64,000 bases of DNA from Candidatus Limnocylindria bacterium (GCA_035701185.1 DASSNX010000169.1:1138-65137), one strand, 5' to 3'; shown: positions 1 through 9,537, numbered from the stretch's first letter. The notes: generated from the letters alone by a model not told the origin. Numbers and translations: made by a program.

Positions 1-292
1 ACGTGTCGGGGATCAGCGGCCGCGTGCCGTCGATGTCGCCCGCATTCAGCGCCGCGCTCCAGGCGTGGTCGACCACGTCGACCAGCGCCGGGTCGTGGAC
101 GGCGAGGATCGGCCCGTCACCGAACGGATCAGGCTCCACGAACGCGAAGCCGTCGTCAGCGGCGAGCGCCCGCTCGATCTCGACGGCGCGCTCCGGCATC
201 TCGAAGCACGGGACCGGCACGCCGCCCATCAGCTCCACCAGCCCGGTGTGGGCAAGATGGGCGTCGCTGCGCACGACCGGCGTCGGCTGCAT
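1..292 (-). CDS. Histone deacetylase / acetoin-utilization (AcuC-like) family protein, N-terminal part; gene continues beyond window start
   Basis: Reverse-strand translation from ATG at 292 gives MQPTPVVRSDAHLAHTGLVELMGGVPVPCFEMPERAVEIERALAADDGF..., resembling the HDAC-family N-terminus; not in the ORF track because it has no stop in the window. Confidence 0.45.
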   Translation of the reverse strand, partial: MQPTPVVRSDAHLAHTGLVELMGGVPVPCFEMPERAVEIERALAADDGFAFVEPDPFGDGPILAVHDPALVDVVDHAWSAALNAGDIDGTRPLIPDT

Positions 293-368
293 CGGCTGGC
301 TCAAGGGGCGGCAGTGTAGCGGTGCGGGCGTGGAACCGGACCGTGGTGCAGGTACACTGCGCCTGCCC

Positions 369-1070
369 ATGAGCGCACTCGACGAGAGCACCGCGATCAA
401 CGCCCTGCGCGGCTGTCCGCTCTTCGCGCCCTGCCCGCAGGGGGTGCTGGCGGACGTCGGGCGTCGGCTGCGTCACCGGCACTTCCGCCGCAACGAGGTC
501 ATCTTCCACCAGGGCGATCCCGGGGACGCGCTCCACGTCATCACCTCGGGCGCGGTGAAGATCCTGCTCCCCTCACCGGAGGGCGAGGAGGCCATCATCG
601 CCACGCTGCGCGAGCGGGACTTCTTCGGCGAGCTGTCGCTGCTCGACGGCGAGCCGCGTTCCGCCACGGCGACCGCCGTCGAGCCGACGGAGACGCTGTC
701 CCTGCCGCGCGACGTCTTCCGCGAGCTGGTCGACAAGCACCCCGAGCTGCGCGACGCCCTGTTCGCCGCCCTGGCCACGCTGCTGCGCCGCATCACCAAG
801 CACGTCGAGGAGCTGCACTTCCTGGACCTGGCCGGACGGCTGGCGGCACGGATCGCGCAGCTGGCGCGGCAGGCGCAGCCGGGCGTGACCCGGCAGATCG
901 ACCTGGACTGGCCCTACACCCAGTCGGACCTGGCAGCGATGATCGGCGGCACGCGACAGAGCGTGAACCGGCTGCTGTCCGATCTCATCGACGACGGCAT
1001 CCTGCGCCTGGAGCACGAGCGCCTGGTCATCACCGACCTGGACGCCCTCGACCGCCGCGCCGAGCGCTGA
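369..1070 (+). CDS. Crp/Fnr family transcriptional regulator (cNMP-binding domain + C-terminal HTH)
   Basis: FFGELSLLDG cNMP-binding signature and C-terminal HTH (DLAAMIGGTRQSVNRLLS); start taken at the internal ATG (MSALDEST) because the upstream part of the long ORF is low-complexity. Confidence 0.85.
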   Translation: MSALDESTAINALRGCPLFAPCPQGVLADVGRRLRHRHFRRNEVIFHQGDPGDALHVITSGAVKILLPSPEGEEAIIATLRERDFFGELSLLDGEPRSATATAVEPTETLSLPRDVFRELVDKHPELRDALFAALATLLRRITKHVEELHFLDLAGRLAARIAQLARQAQPGVTRQIDLDWPYTQSDLAAMIGGTRQSVNRLLSDLIDDGILRLEHERLVITDLDALDRRAER

Positions 1071-1074
1071 CCGC

Positions 1075-1563
1075 TTACTGGACGGCGGCCCCGGCTCCCC
1101 AGCGGGCCACCTCCGCCTCGAGGTCCAGCGGCCCAACGGCCGCCTGATCGGCAGCCTCGCCCCACGCCTCGGCCGGCACCTGCCACATGATCTCGAACTC
1201 GTTGCCATCGGGATCACGCCCGTACAGCGACTTGCTCACCCCATGGTCTGATGCGCCGGTCAGCGCGCGCGCCTCGCGCAGCTCGGCGCGGGCAGCCACC
1301 AGGTCCTCGATGGTCGGCACCTGCCAGGCGAGGTGGTAGAGCCCGATCGACCCGCGCGGTGGCTTGACGGCTTCCGGACCGACCTCGAACAGGCCGAGGT
1401 CATGGTGGTTGCCACCCAGCGGTGAGCGCATGAACGCCGCGCGCATGCCGGGCGGCCGCTCCATCTCCTCGAAGCCGAAGACGTCGCGGTAGAACGCGGC
1501 GGCGCGGTCCAGGTCGCGCACGAACAGAACCGCGTGGTTCAGCCGGGTGATCGGGATCGGCAT
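1075..1563 (-). CDS. VOC (glyoxalase/bleomycin-resistance/dioxygenase) family protein
   Basis: ITRLNHAVLFVRDLDRAAAFYRDVFGFEE is typical of VOC proteins; GGAGG SD just before the internal ATG at 1563. Confidence 0.8.
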   Translation of the reverse strand: MPIPITRLNHAVLFVRDLDRAAAFYRDVFGFEEMERPPGMRAAFMRSPLGGNHHDLGLFEVGPEAVKPPRGSIGLYHLAWQVPTIEDLVAARAELREARALTGASDHGVSKSLYGRDPDGNEFEIMWQVPAEAWGEAADQAAVGPLDLEAEVARWGAGAAVQ

Positions 1564-1574
1564 CGACTCGCCTC

Positions 1575-2177
1575 CTAGCGGACCAGCTTCCAGGCGCTCT
1601 GCCACGGCCAGTTGTTGGCCATGTTCAGCGAGATATTGGTCCAGGCCATGCCTTCCAGGGCGCGCGCCATGCGCAGGTCACCGACGTCGAGCGGCTCCAG
1701 GCCGGCGTCACGCACGATCGTCGCCACGGTGGCCTTGGCCTCGGCATCATCGCCCGCGATGTAGCCATCCAGCGACCCGTCCTCGCGGGCCCTGGCCAGC
1801 TGCGACGCGAAGACCGTGTTGAAGGCCTTGACGACGTGGGCCTCGGGCAGCTGCTCCTGGATGGCTTCCGCGTTGCTGCGCCCCGACTCGATGACCGACT
1901 GCGAGTTCGTCACGTCGATCACCGGCTTGCCCTCGACCTCGTCGCGGATCTCCTCCGCCACCTCGCCGACGGCCGCATAGGGAATCGCCAGGACGACCGC
2001 ATCGGCCCCCTCGACCGCTTCACGCGGGCTCGGTGCCGGCTCGCAATCGAGCCCGGCGGCTGCCTGCTGCGCCTTCTCGGCGTTCGATGCGGCCACGACG
2101 ACGTCATGCCCGGCATCGGTGAGTGACGACGCGAGCGCGCCGCCGATGTTGCCTACTCCAATGACTGCCACGCGCAT
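1575..2177 (-). CDS. NADPH-dependent F420 reductase-like oxidoreductase (NAD(P)-binding)
   Basis: MRVAVIGVGNIGGALA Rossmann N-terminus and overall similarity to the F420H2:NADP oxidoreductase/pyrroline-5-carboxylate reductase-like fold; start at ATG 2177. Confidence 0.75.
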   Translation of the reverse strand: MRVAVIGVGNIGGALASSLTDAGHDVVVAASNAEKAQQAAAGLDCEPAPSPREAVEGADAVVLAIPYAAVGEVAEEIRDEVEGKPVIDVTNSQSVIESGRSNAEAIQEQLPEAHVVKAFNTVFASQLARAREDGSLDGYIAGDDAEAKATVATIVRDAGLEPLDVGDLRMARALEGMAWTNISLNMANNWPWQSAWKLVR

Positions 2178-2306
2178 GAGGAACCAGGACCTGCCTTTCG
2201 CTGCAAAAGTAGTTGCTGCCGCAACTATCTCATCATTTGCGCAATCGCGCAAGTACCCCAGCCGCACGGCGCGTGCCACCTGGTTCGCCGCCTAGAATTG
2301 GGGCCG

Positions 2307-3539
2307 ATGTTCTACGTCCAGCGCGGCCAGGTGCCGCACAAGCGGCACACCCAGTTCCGCCGCGAAGACGGGGCGTTGTACGCGGAGGAGCTGTTCGGCG
2401 TCGAGGGCTTCGCCGGCCGCTCGTCGCTGCTCTACCACCACACGCCGCCGACCCAGACGCACCAGATCGACGACCCGACCCCGATCAGGATCGACGCGGC
2501 CGACCCGGAGGGCCGCGCGGCGCATCGGCATCACCTGGTCAACACGAAGGACGTGGGGCCGTCGGGCGATGGCCTGTCCGGCCGCATCCCGCTCTTCTTC
2601 AACAACGACGTGACCTTCGGGGTCGTCCGCCCGGCGGAACCGATGACCGACTTCTACCGCAACGGCGTGGCGGACGAGATGTTCTACGTCCACGAGGGCA
2701 GCGGCACGCTGGAGACCATCTTCGGGCCGATCCCCTACGGGCCCGGCGACTACCTCGTCATCCCGATCGGCACCACCTATCGGCTGGTGCCGGACGCCTC
2801 GAGCGCACAGCGGATGCTGTGGCTCGAGTGCCCGTCGGAGATCGAGCCACCGAAGCGCTACCGCAACGACTACGGGCAGCTGCTCGAGCACGCGCCGTAC
2901 TACCACCGCGACATCCGCCCGCCGGACGAGATGGCCCCCACGGTGACCACCGAGCACGGCGACTTCGTCATCCGCGTGCGCAGCCGCGACCGGATCACGC
3001 CGTACCACTACCGTCACCACCCGTTCGACCTGGTGGGCTGGGACGGCTACCTGTGGCCGTTCGCCTTCAACATCGGCGACTTCGAGCCGATCACCGGGCG
3101 CGTCCACCAGCCACCGCCGGTGCACCTCACCTTCCAGCCGCGCAACTTCGTGATCTGCAGCTTCGTGCCACGCAAGTTCGACTACCACCCGCTGGCCATC
3201 CCGGCGCCGTACAACCACTCGAACATCAACAGCGACGAGGTCATCTACTACGTCGCCGGGAACTTCATGAGCCGCCGCGGCGTGGATATCTCCTCGTTCA
3301 CGGTGCACCCGGCCGGTATCCCGCACGGCCCGCATCCGGGGACGGTGGAGGCCAGCATCGGCAAGGAGGCGACCGAGGAGCTGGCGGTGATGATCGACAC
3401 GTTCCACCCGCTCCACCTGACGCGACAGGCAGCGGAGCTCGAGGACGACCGGTACCCGTACTCGTGGATCCCGTCCGAGGACCACGAGGAGCACACGCGC
3501 CAGCTCTCGGAACGCGGCCCGGAGGCCTTCCCCGACTGA
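2307..3539 (+). CDS. hmgA: Homogentisate 1,2-dioxygenase
   Basis: Roughly 410 aa with conserved HmgA blocks (FVPRKFDYHP, NSDEVIYYVAGNF, HPAGIPHGPHPG); ATG at 2307 preferred over the TTG at 2298. Confidence 0.9.
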   Translation: MFYVQRGQVPHKRHTQFRREDGALYAEELFGVEGFAGRSSLLYHHTPPTQTHQIDDPTPIRIDAADPEGRAAHRHHLVNTKDVGPSGDGLSGRIPLFFNNDVTFGVVRPAEPMTDFYRNGVADEMFYVHEGSGTLETIFGPIPYGPGDYLVIPIGTTYRLVPDASSAQRMLWLECPSEIEPPKRYRNDYGQLLEHAPYYHRDIRPPDEMAPTVTTEHGDFVIRVRSRDRITPYHYRHHPFDLVGWDGYLWPFAFNIGDFEPITGRVHQPPPVHLTFQPRNFVICSFVPRKFDYHPLAIPAPYNHSNINSDEVIYYVAGNFMSRRGVDISSFTVHPAGIPHGPHPGTVEASIGKEATEELAVMIDTFHPLHLTRQAAELEDDRYPYSWIPSEDHEEHTRQLSERGPEAFPD

Positions 3540-3595
3540 CGGATCGGATCCGGCGTTGCCGGCGGTAGCATCGGCCTTGCATGAGGAGTCGAAAC

Positions 3596-3994
3596 ATGAC
3601 CGACCCAACCGCCGTTCCCATCAACCTCTTCGAGAACGACAGCGAGCTGGTGCTCATCACGCCGATGCCCGGCGTGGCCGCGGAGGACATCAGCGTCGAC
3701 GTCATGGACGATGGACACCTGATCGTCCGCGCCCGCATGCACGGCGAGGGGCAGGAGCGCCGGCAGTACCTCGTCCGGGAGTGGAGCTACGGCCCCTTCG
3801 AGCGGACCGTGCAGCTGCCGGTTCCGGTGGATGCCAGCCGCGCCAACCTGAGCTTCGGCAACGGCGTGCTGGCGGTCGCGCTGCCCAAGGCCGACGTCAC
3901 GTCGCCGGCGGCGCTCGCCGTGCACCCAACCGGGCACGCCCGCGGCCTGACGGAGGGTCACTCGGGCGATCCACGCCGGACCGATCTCGCCTGA
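3596..3994 (+). CDS. Hsp20/alpha-crystallin family small heat shock protein
   Basis: Alpha-crystallin domain pattern (ELVLITPMPGVAAEDISVDVMDDGHLIVRAR...GVLAVALPKA); GGAG SD before ATG 3596. Confidence 0.8.
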   Translation: MTDPTAVPINLFENDSELVLITPMPGVAAEDISVDVMDDGHLIVRARMHGEGQERRQYLVREWSYGPFERTVQLPVPVDASRANLSFGNGVLAVALPKADVTSPAALAVHPTGHARGLTEGHSGDPRRTDLA

Positions 3995-4004
3995 CCCATC
4001 GGCG

Positions 4005-4484
4005 GTGATCCTCTACTTCCTGCGCCACGGCGACGCCGGCCAGGCCTGGGCGTCGAACGACGAGGCACGCCCGCTGAGCGCCGAGGGCGAGGCTGCCCTG
4101 CTCGGCGCGGCGGCCACCTGGCGGCGGCTGAAGCTCCGTCCCGAGGTGGTGATCACCTCCCCGCTGGTTCGTGCGCGGCAGACGGCCGAGCTGCTCTGCC
4201 AGGGGATCGGCTGCGCCGACGATCCGATCGTAGACGAGCGGCTGGCACCGGGCGCATCGTGGGGCGACCTGGCGCGCGCCATGGCGGACCATCCCGCTGC
4301 GGCCCGCGTCTGCTTCGTCGGGCACGAGCCGGACTTCTCGCAGATCGTGGCCCTGCTGACCGGCGCCGCCTCGGTCCGGATGCGCAAGGGCGGGCTGGCC
4401 TGCGTCGAGTTCTATGGCGTCCCCGAGCCGGGCGGTGGCGAGCTGGCCTGGCTGCTGGACCCCGACCTGTACGCCAGTGACTGA
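4005..4484 (+). CDS. sixA: Histidine phosphatase family protein (SixA-like phosphohistidine phosphatase)
   Basis: N-terminal LYFLRHGDA catalytic RHG motif and size typical of SixA; GTG start. Confidence 0.7.
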   Translation: MILYFLRHGDAGQAWASNDEARPLSAEGEAALLGAAATWRRLKLRPEVVITSPLVRARQTAELLCQGIGCADDPIVDERLAPGASWGDLARAMADHPAAARVCFVGHEPDFSQIVALLTGAASVRMRKGGLACVEFYGVPEPGGGELAWLLDPDLYASD

Positions 4485-4953
4485 GCCGCTGGCGACCGAA
4501 CCGGCGGCCGCCGAGCCGGCCCGGCGGGTGACGCGTATCGCTGCGTACGCGCTGTGCGTCGAGGACGGCCGCATCCTGCTGTGCCGGATCGCGCCGGGCT
4601 ACTGGTCCGGCGTCGGCGAGTGGACGCTGCCCGGCGGTGGGCTCGACTTCGGCGAATCGCCACGCGACGGGGCGATTCGCGAGCTTGCCGAGGAGACGGG
4701 GCTGGCCGGCGAGATCATCGGCCTGGCCGACGTGCTCTCGTGGTCGGGGCGCTGGATCCATCCGCGCGATGGCGTGGACGAGGCGTACCACGGCCTGCAG
4801 GTCGTGTATCGCGTTCGGATCCTCGGTGGCGAGCTGCGGAACGAGCAGGACGGCTCGACGGACCGGGCCGAGTGGATTGCGCTGGACGAGGCTGAATCGC
4901 TGCCGCTCGTCGACCTGGCGCGGGCCGGAGTCCGACTCGCCACGGTTCCGTAG
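4477..4953 (+). CDS. NUDIX hydrolase
   Basis: Nudix box GX5EX7REUXEEXGU seen as GGGLDFGESPRDGAIRELAEETGL; likely GTG start overlapping the sixA stop. Confidence 0.75.
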   Translation: MTEPLATEPAAAEPARRVTRIAAYALCVEDGRILLCRIAPGYWSGVGEWTLPGGGLDFGESPRDGAIRELAEETGLAGEIIGLADVLSWSGRWIHPRDGVDEAYHGLQVVYRVRILGGELRNEQDGSTDRAEWIALDEAESLPLVDLARAGVRLATVP

Positions 4954-5166
4954 CCAGGCTGACCCTACGACGGTCCCAACGGGTGGTCGTATCGGCGGAG
5001 GACGGAACGATTCGGCCAGTTCCTCGGTCGGATTCCCAGCCGGCGGGACGGCCGACGGCCGAGGCGTCGTTCCCCGGTCGGTAGGACCACCGGCTGGGAA
5101 TGGTGCGGTGAGACGGGGAAACCGCCCGCCGGAGGCGTCGGCCAACCCGACCTATACTCGAAGCCG

Positions 5167-5592
5167 ATGCCCGACCCCGCCGAACCGCGCCTCGAGCTCC
5201 ATAGCCTGCTGCTGTGCGACCACGCCATCACGGCCCAGGACGGGAAGGTCAGTGCCATCGGCCTCTTCAGCCAGATCAACGTCACGCGGCTGCCCACCGT
5301 CTACGGCCGGTTCTTCATCGTCGCCGTGCTCGAGGCCGATCCGGGGCTCCACCAGCTCACCTTCCAGGTCATCGGCCCGTCCGGCCAGCCGATGCTGGCC
5401 CGTCCGCCGCAGATGCGCCTCGAGGTGCCGCCCAAGGCCATCACCGCCAACATCGTGGCCGACCTCAAGGGCCTGCAGGTCCGCGAGCTCGGGAAGCATC
5501 GGCTCGAGCTGCGCGCCGCCGAACGCGTCCTGGGCAGCACGCCGTTCACCATCAACCTGCTCTGGCAGGAACGGCGCGCCGCCAACGCCTGA
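5167..5592 (+). CDS. Hypothetical protein
   Basis: 141-aa ORF with unbiased composition; TATACT -10 element about 8 nt upstream suggests a leaderless mRNA. Confidence 0.5.
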   Translation: MPDPAEPRLELHSLLLCDHAITAQDGKVSAIGLFSQINVTRLPTVYGRFFIVAVLEADPGLHQLTFQVIGPSGQPMLARPPQMRLEVPPKAITANIVADLKGLQVRELGKHRLELRAAERVLGSTPFTINLLWQERRAANA

Positions 5593-5630
5593 CCCGATCT
5601 CACGACCGCGGTTCCCGCGACGTTCAACGC

Positions 5631-6506
5631 ATGGAACCTGAACGACCGGAGAAGCCGATGGCCCTCGACCCCGACGACGTGCGTCCGCCTGCCACCGACG
5701 AGCGGCTGATCGCCGTCCGCACCACCAACGTCTTCTGCCGTCCCGGCTGCCCCGCGCCGGCACCGAAGCCCGGCAACGTCGAGCACTACCCGACGGCGCG
5801 GCAGGCGCTGTTCGCCGGCTACCGCCCGTGCCTCCGCTGCCGGCCACTGGTCGGTGCCCGCCCGGCGCCAACCGATGCCGAGCTGCGCCGCGCCGAGCGG
5901 CTGCGGCCGGTCCTGCGCGCCGCGCGCGAGACGCGCCGTGCCCGCCGCGGACGGGATGCCGTGGTGTTCCGGATGCTGGCCACGCCGCTGGGGCCGATGC
6001 TTGCCGGCGCCACCGACGACGGCATCTGCCTGCTCGAGTTCACCGACCGGCCGATGCTGCCGACCCAGCTCGCGGTCCTGTCGCGCCGGCTGCGGCGCCC
6101 CGCCGTTGCCGGCCGCCACCCGCTGCTCGACGTGCTGCAGGACCAGCTTTTCGCCTACTTCGCCGGGGAGCGGCTGACGTTCGACCTGCCGCTGGTCGCG
6201 CCCGGCAGCTCGTTCCAGGAGCGCACGTGGGCCGCGCTGCGCGGGATCGCGCCGGGATCAACCATCAGCTACGAGGAGCTCGCCATCGAGGCCGGACGGC
6301 CCGGTGCGCAGCGGGCAGCGGGGACGGCCAACGGGGCGAATCGGCTCGCGGTGCTGGTGCCATGCCACCGGGTCGTGCGCAAGGGCGGCGAGCTGGGCGG
6401 CTACGGCGGCGGCCTGTGGCGCAAGGCCTGGCTGCTCGACCACGAACGCCGGGTGGCGGCGCTGGCAGGACCATCGGGTACTGCGCCGGCGACGCCGTTG
6501 CCGTAG
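5631..6506 (+). CDS. Ada-like Zn-domain fused to methylated-DNA-protein-cysteine methyltransferase (Ogt/MGMT)
   Basis: N-terminal VRTTNVFCRPGCPA matches the Ada methylphosphotriester Cys-Zn domain; C-terminal PCHRVV is the MGMT active site; no AraC HTH between them. Confidence 0.8.
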   Translation: MEPERPEKPMALDPDDVRPPATDERLIAVRTTNVFCRPGCPAPAPKPGNVEHYPTARQALFAGYRPCLRCRPLVGARPAPTDAELRRAERLRPVLRAARETRRARRGRDAVVFRMLATPLGPMLAGATDDGICLLEFTDRPMLPTQLAVLSRRLRRPAVAGRHPLLDVLQDQLFAYFAGERLTFDLPLVAPGSSFQERTWAALRGIAPGSTISYEELAIEAGRPGAQRAAGTANGANRLAVLVPCHRVVRKGGELGGYGGGLWRKAWLLDHERRVAALAGPSGTAPATPLP

Positions 6507-6551
6507 AGTTCCGCCAGCAACCTTCACCCCGAGCTAGCCACGGAGGGGGGC

Positions 6552-7994
6552 GTGCCGATCCTTTCGGCGCTCCTGGCCATATTGCTGGGGCTGTCCGCAG
6601 TGACACCCACCGGCGATCCGGCTGACGAGCACTTCTACCCTTCCCGATCCTGGGGATCGGCCAACCAGACCTACGGCGCCGCGCTGGTCGACATCAACGG
6701 CGACGGGCGGCCGGACCCCCTGCTGGGCTGGCACAACGACCGGCCGGCCTCGCTGCTGGTCAACAAGGGCAACCTGACCTTTGCTCGAGCCGCGGTGCCC
6801 TGGAACTTCCCGATGGACCGCCACGCCTGCGCCTGGGGCGAGGCCAACGGGGATGGGCAGCCCGACCTGTTCTGCAGCCAGGGGGCGCGGAGCGGCACGG
6901 GCATCGGCCCGAAGGAGCTGTGGTCCAACGACCCCTGGCGCGACTGGGCCGAGGAGGCCGGCGTCGACAATCCCCTCGCCCGCGGGCGCTCGGTCAATTG
7001 GCTGGACTACGACCGTGACGGCGACCTGGACCTGTTCACCGGTGCCGTCAAGCGCGACCCGTATGGCGACCAGCTGTTCCGCAACGACCGCGGCCACTTC
7101 ACCAAGGTCAACGCCGGCATCAGCGCATTGCGCTGGACGCAGCTCTCCACCACCGCCGACTGGAACCGCGACGGCTGGCCGGACCTGCTCCTGATCCAGG
7201 GCATCGACAAGAACACCGTCCGCGCGTTCGTCAACCGCCATGGCACCTTCGACCTCGTCCGCCTGCCCCACACCCGCGGCTCGTGGAAGGCGGCCGCGTG
7301 GGGGGACTACGACGGTGACGGCTGGCCGGACCTCAACCTCGTCTCGCTGGGCCGGTCGATCATCCTGCACAACGACCACCGTGGTTCGTTCCACGTGGTC
7401 CACGACACCGTGATGGTCCGTGCCCGCGCCAGCGTGTGGCTGGACGTCAACAACGATGGGCTGCTTGACCTGTACGTGGTCCAGAGCGCTCCCGGCCCGT
7501 ACGCCGGGGCGGTCGGGGACGTCAGCGACCGCCTGATCCTCCAGTACCGGCCGGGCCACTTCAAGAAGGTTGTCCTGTCGGAGACCGCCGGCTGGGCGGG
7601 CGCGGGCCAGAGCGTGGCCGCCGGTGACGTGAACGGCGACCACCGCACCGACGTGCTGGTCAGCAACGGCCGCGAGCGCTGGTTCGGGCGACAGCACCTG
7701 CTGACGAACCGCGTCCGCGGCGGAGGAGGAGCAAGCGTCTACCTGCGCGGCACCCGCTGGAATCCACTCGGCTTCGGCGCGCGGGTCCGCATCACCGTCG
7801 GATCACGCGTCCGCTGGACCGAGCTCAACGACGGCGTGTCCGGGCTGAGCCAGAGCTCGGCCGTGGTGCACGTCAGCCTGGGGAGCGCCTCGTATGCCTG
7901 GGTGCGGGTCCTCTGGCCGAATGGGTCCTGCGACCAGATCCGGGTCGGGCGAGGAGCCACCCGGCGCGTAACGATCGGCTCGACGCAGTGCTGA
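6552..7994 (+). CDS. Secreted FG-GAP/VCBS-repeat protein with ASPIC/UnbV-like C-terminus (CRTAC1 family)
   Basis: Signal peptide followed by repeated DxDGDGxxD calcium-binding FG-GAP motifs (INGDGRPD, NGDGQPD, DRDGDLD, NRDGWPD, DGDGWPD, NNDGLLD, NGDHRTD); GTG start with GGAGG SD. Confidence 0.75.
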   Translation: MPILSALLAILLGLSAVTPTGDPADEHFYPSRSWGSANQTYGAALVDINGDGRPDPLLGWHNDRPASLLVNKGNLTFARAAVPWNFPMDRHACAWGEANGDGQPDLFCSQGARSGTGIGPKELWSNDPWRDWAEEAGVDNPLARGRSVNWLDYDRDGDLDLFTGAVKRDPYGDQLFRNDRGHFTKVNAGISALRWTQLSTTADWNRDGWPDLLLIQGIDKNTVRAFVNRHGTFDLVRLPHTRGSWKAAAWGDYDGDGWPDLNLVSLGRSIILHNDHRGSFHVVHDTVMVRARASVWLDVNNDGLLDLYVVQSAPGPYAGAVGDVSDRLILQYRPGHFKKVVLSETAGWAGAGQSVAAGDVNGDHRTDVLVSNGRERWFGRQHLLTNRVRGGGGASVYLRGTRWNPLGFGARVRITVGSRVRWTELNDGVSGLSQSSAVVHVSLGSASYAWVRVLWPNGSCDQIRVGRGATRRVTIGSTQC

Positions 7995-8016
7995 GCCGCC
8001 GGCCGACGTACAGCCG

Positions 8017-8676
8017 CTAGGGCCGGTCCGCCTTCCAGGCCACCAGCACGCCGACGTCCTCGTACTTCCACGCCACGTCGACCGCGGCAAAGCCGGCGGC
8101 CGTCAGCCAGGCCAGCTGGTCGGCCGTGGTGTCGAGATGGTCGTGCTCCCGCTCGTGGGCATCGGCTGGGCGCGGGTGGTCGTACAGCTCCAGCAGCCGG
8201 TCGGAGGCATGCCGGAAGGCATCGGCCACGATCATGATCCCGCCGGGGGTGAGGTGCTCCCACAGGCGCGAGAAGAGGTGGCGCTTCTCATCGGCCCACA
8301 GGTGGTGGACGGCGAGGACGCTGACGATGGCCTCGTACAGCCCGTCCAGCTGCGGATTGGCGATGTCGGCCTCGCGCAGCTCCACCCGGTCGCGGTGCGC
8401 GCGCAGCCGCTGTCGTGCGCGGCCGAGCATCTCGCGCGACACGTCCAGCCCCACCACCCGAGCGGCGGGGAGCGCCTCCAGGATGCGCAGCGCGGTGACG
8501 CCGGTGCCCACGCCCAGGTCGAGCACGCGATGCGGCGGGCGCAGCGACAGCAGGCTGATGACCGTGTCCTGGATCTCGTCGTAGCGGGGGACCTGCTGGC
8601 GGATCTCGGCGTCGTAGCGTGACGCCCATTCGTCGAAGTGCTCGCCGACGCTGCGCGGCGCGGTCTGTCGGCTCAC
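8017..8676 (-). CDS. Class I SAM-dependent methyltransferase
   Basis: LDLGVGTG motif I and downstream methyltransferase motifs; GTG start overlaps the fabI stop as GTGA. Confidence 0.75.
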   Translation of the reverse strand: MSRQTAPRSVGEHFDEWASRYDAEIRQQVPRYDEIQDTVISLLSLRPPHRVLDLGVGTGVTALRILEALPAARVVGLDVSREMLGRARQRLRAHRDRVELREADIANPQLDGLYEAIVSVLAVHHLWADEKRHLFSRLWEHLTPGGIMIVADAFRHASDRLLELYDHPRPADAHEREHDHLDTTADQLAWLTAAGFAAVDVAWKYEDVGVLVAWKADRP

Positions 8677-9455
8677 CGGGTGATGTCGGTCCCCATGGCG
8701 TGGTAGCCGCCGTCGACGTGGATCATCTCGCCCGAGGTCATGGCCGACCAATCGCTGAACAGGAAGCAGACCATCTGGCCCACCGGGGTCGCATCGGTCA
8801 TCGACCACGGGAGCGGCGCCCGCTTCTGCCAGTCGCCGGCAATCTGGTCGAAGCCGGGAATGCTCTTGCCGGCCATGGTCCGGATCGGCCCGGCGGAGAC
8901 CGTGTTCACCCGGATGCCATGCGCGCCGAGGTCGCGGGCGAGATAGCGGGTGGTGCCTTCGAGTCCTGCCTTGGCCACGCCCATCCAGTCGTAGATCGGC
9001 CAGGCGAAGCGTCCATCGAAGGTCAGGCTGACCAGGCTCGAATGCCCGGCCGCCTTCATCGGCTCCAGCAGGCCGACTGCCAGTGCCTTCAGCGAAAAGG
9101 CCGACGTCCGGAAGCCAATGGCCACGCTCTCCCAGGGAGTATTCAGGAAGTTGCCGCCCAGGGCGTCCTCCGGCATGAAGCCGATCGAGTGGAGCGCGCC
9201 GTCCAGCCGGCCCCAGCGCTTCGTGACCTCGGCGGCCACCGCCGCGATCTGCTCGTCGCTGTTGACGTCCATGTCCAGCACGTCCGGCACCGGGTCGAGC
9301 TTCTTCGCCACCCGCTGCGTGATCCTCACCGCGCGGCCGACGCTGGTCAGCAGCACCTCGGCGCCGGCCTCCTGCGCGACCTTCGCCACGGCGAAGGCCA
9401 TGGAGTCGTCGGTCAGGACGCCGGTGATCAGCAGCTTCTTTCCGTCGAGCAACAA
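8673..9455 (-). CDS. fabI: Enoyl-[acyl-carrier-protein] reductase [NADH] (FabI/InhA type)
   Basis: LLDGKKLLITGV...SIGFMP...YDWMGVAKAGLE (Tyr-x6-Lys) is typical of FabI/InhA. Confidence 0.9.
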   Translation of the reverse strand: MLLDGKKLLITGVLTDDSMAFAVAKVAQEAGAEVLLTSVGRAVRITQRVAKKLDPVPDVLDMDVNSDEQIAAVAAEVTKRWGRLDGALHSIGFMPEDALGGNFLNTPWESVAIGFRTSAFSLKALAVGLLEPMKAAGHSSLVSLTFDGRFAWPIYDWMGVAKAGLEGTTRYLARDLGAHGIRVNTVSAGPIRTMAGKSIPGFDQIAGDWQKRAPLPWSMTDATPVGQMVCFLFSDWSAMTSGEMIHVDGGYHAMGTDITR

Positions 9456-9537
9456 GGGCGGAGGCTCCTCTGCGGACTGGACCGATGCGGGGCCCGAATT
9501 GTAGCCGCACGCCCGGTCGGGCTACGCTGAGGCGGCC

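Noticed and set aside
3-368. N-terminal extension of the 355-aa ORF upstream of crp
   Set aside because: It has Ser/Thr/Ala-rich low complexity. The opposite strand encodes an HDAC-family N-terminus, and the Crp domain begins at the internal ATG 369.
2213-3608. Long ORFs 2213-3568 (+, 451 aa) and 2292-3608 (-, 438 aa) overlapping hmgA
   Set aside because: They are Arg/Pro/Gly-rich and low-complexity, as expected for off-frame or antisense reading of GC-rich coding DNA. The hmgA frame has clear homology.
5214-5630. Upstream part of the 430-aa ORF preceding the Ada/Ogt start
   Set aside because: It is Arg/His/Pro-rich and overlaps the better-supported 5167-5592 gene in another frame. Ada-Zn homology begins after ATG 5631.
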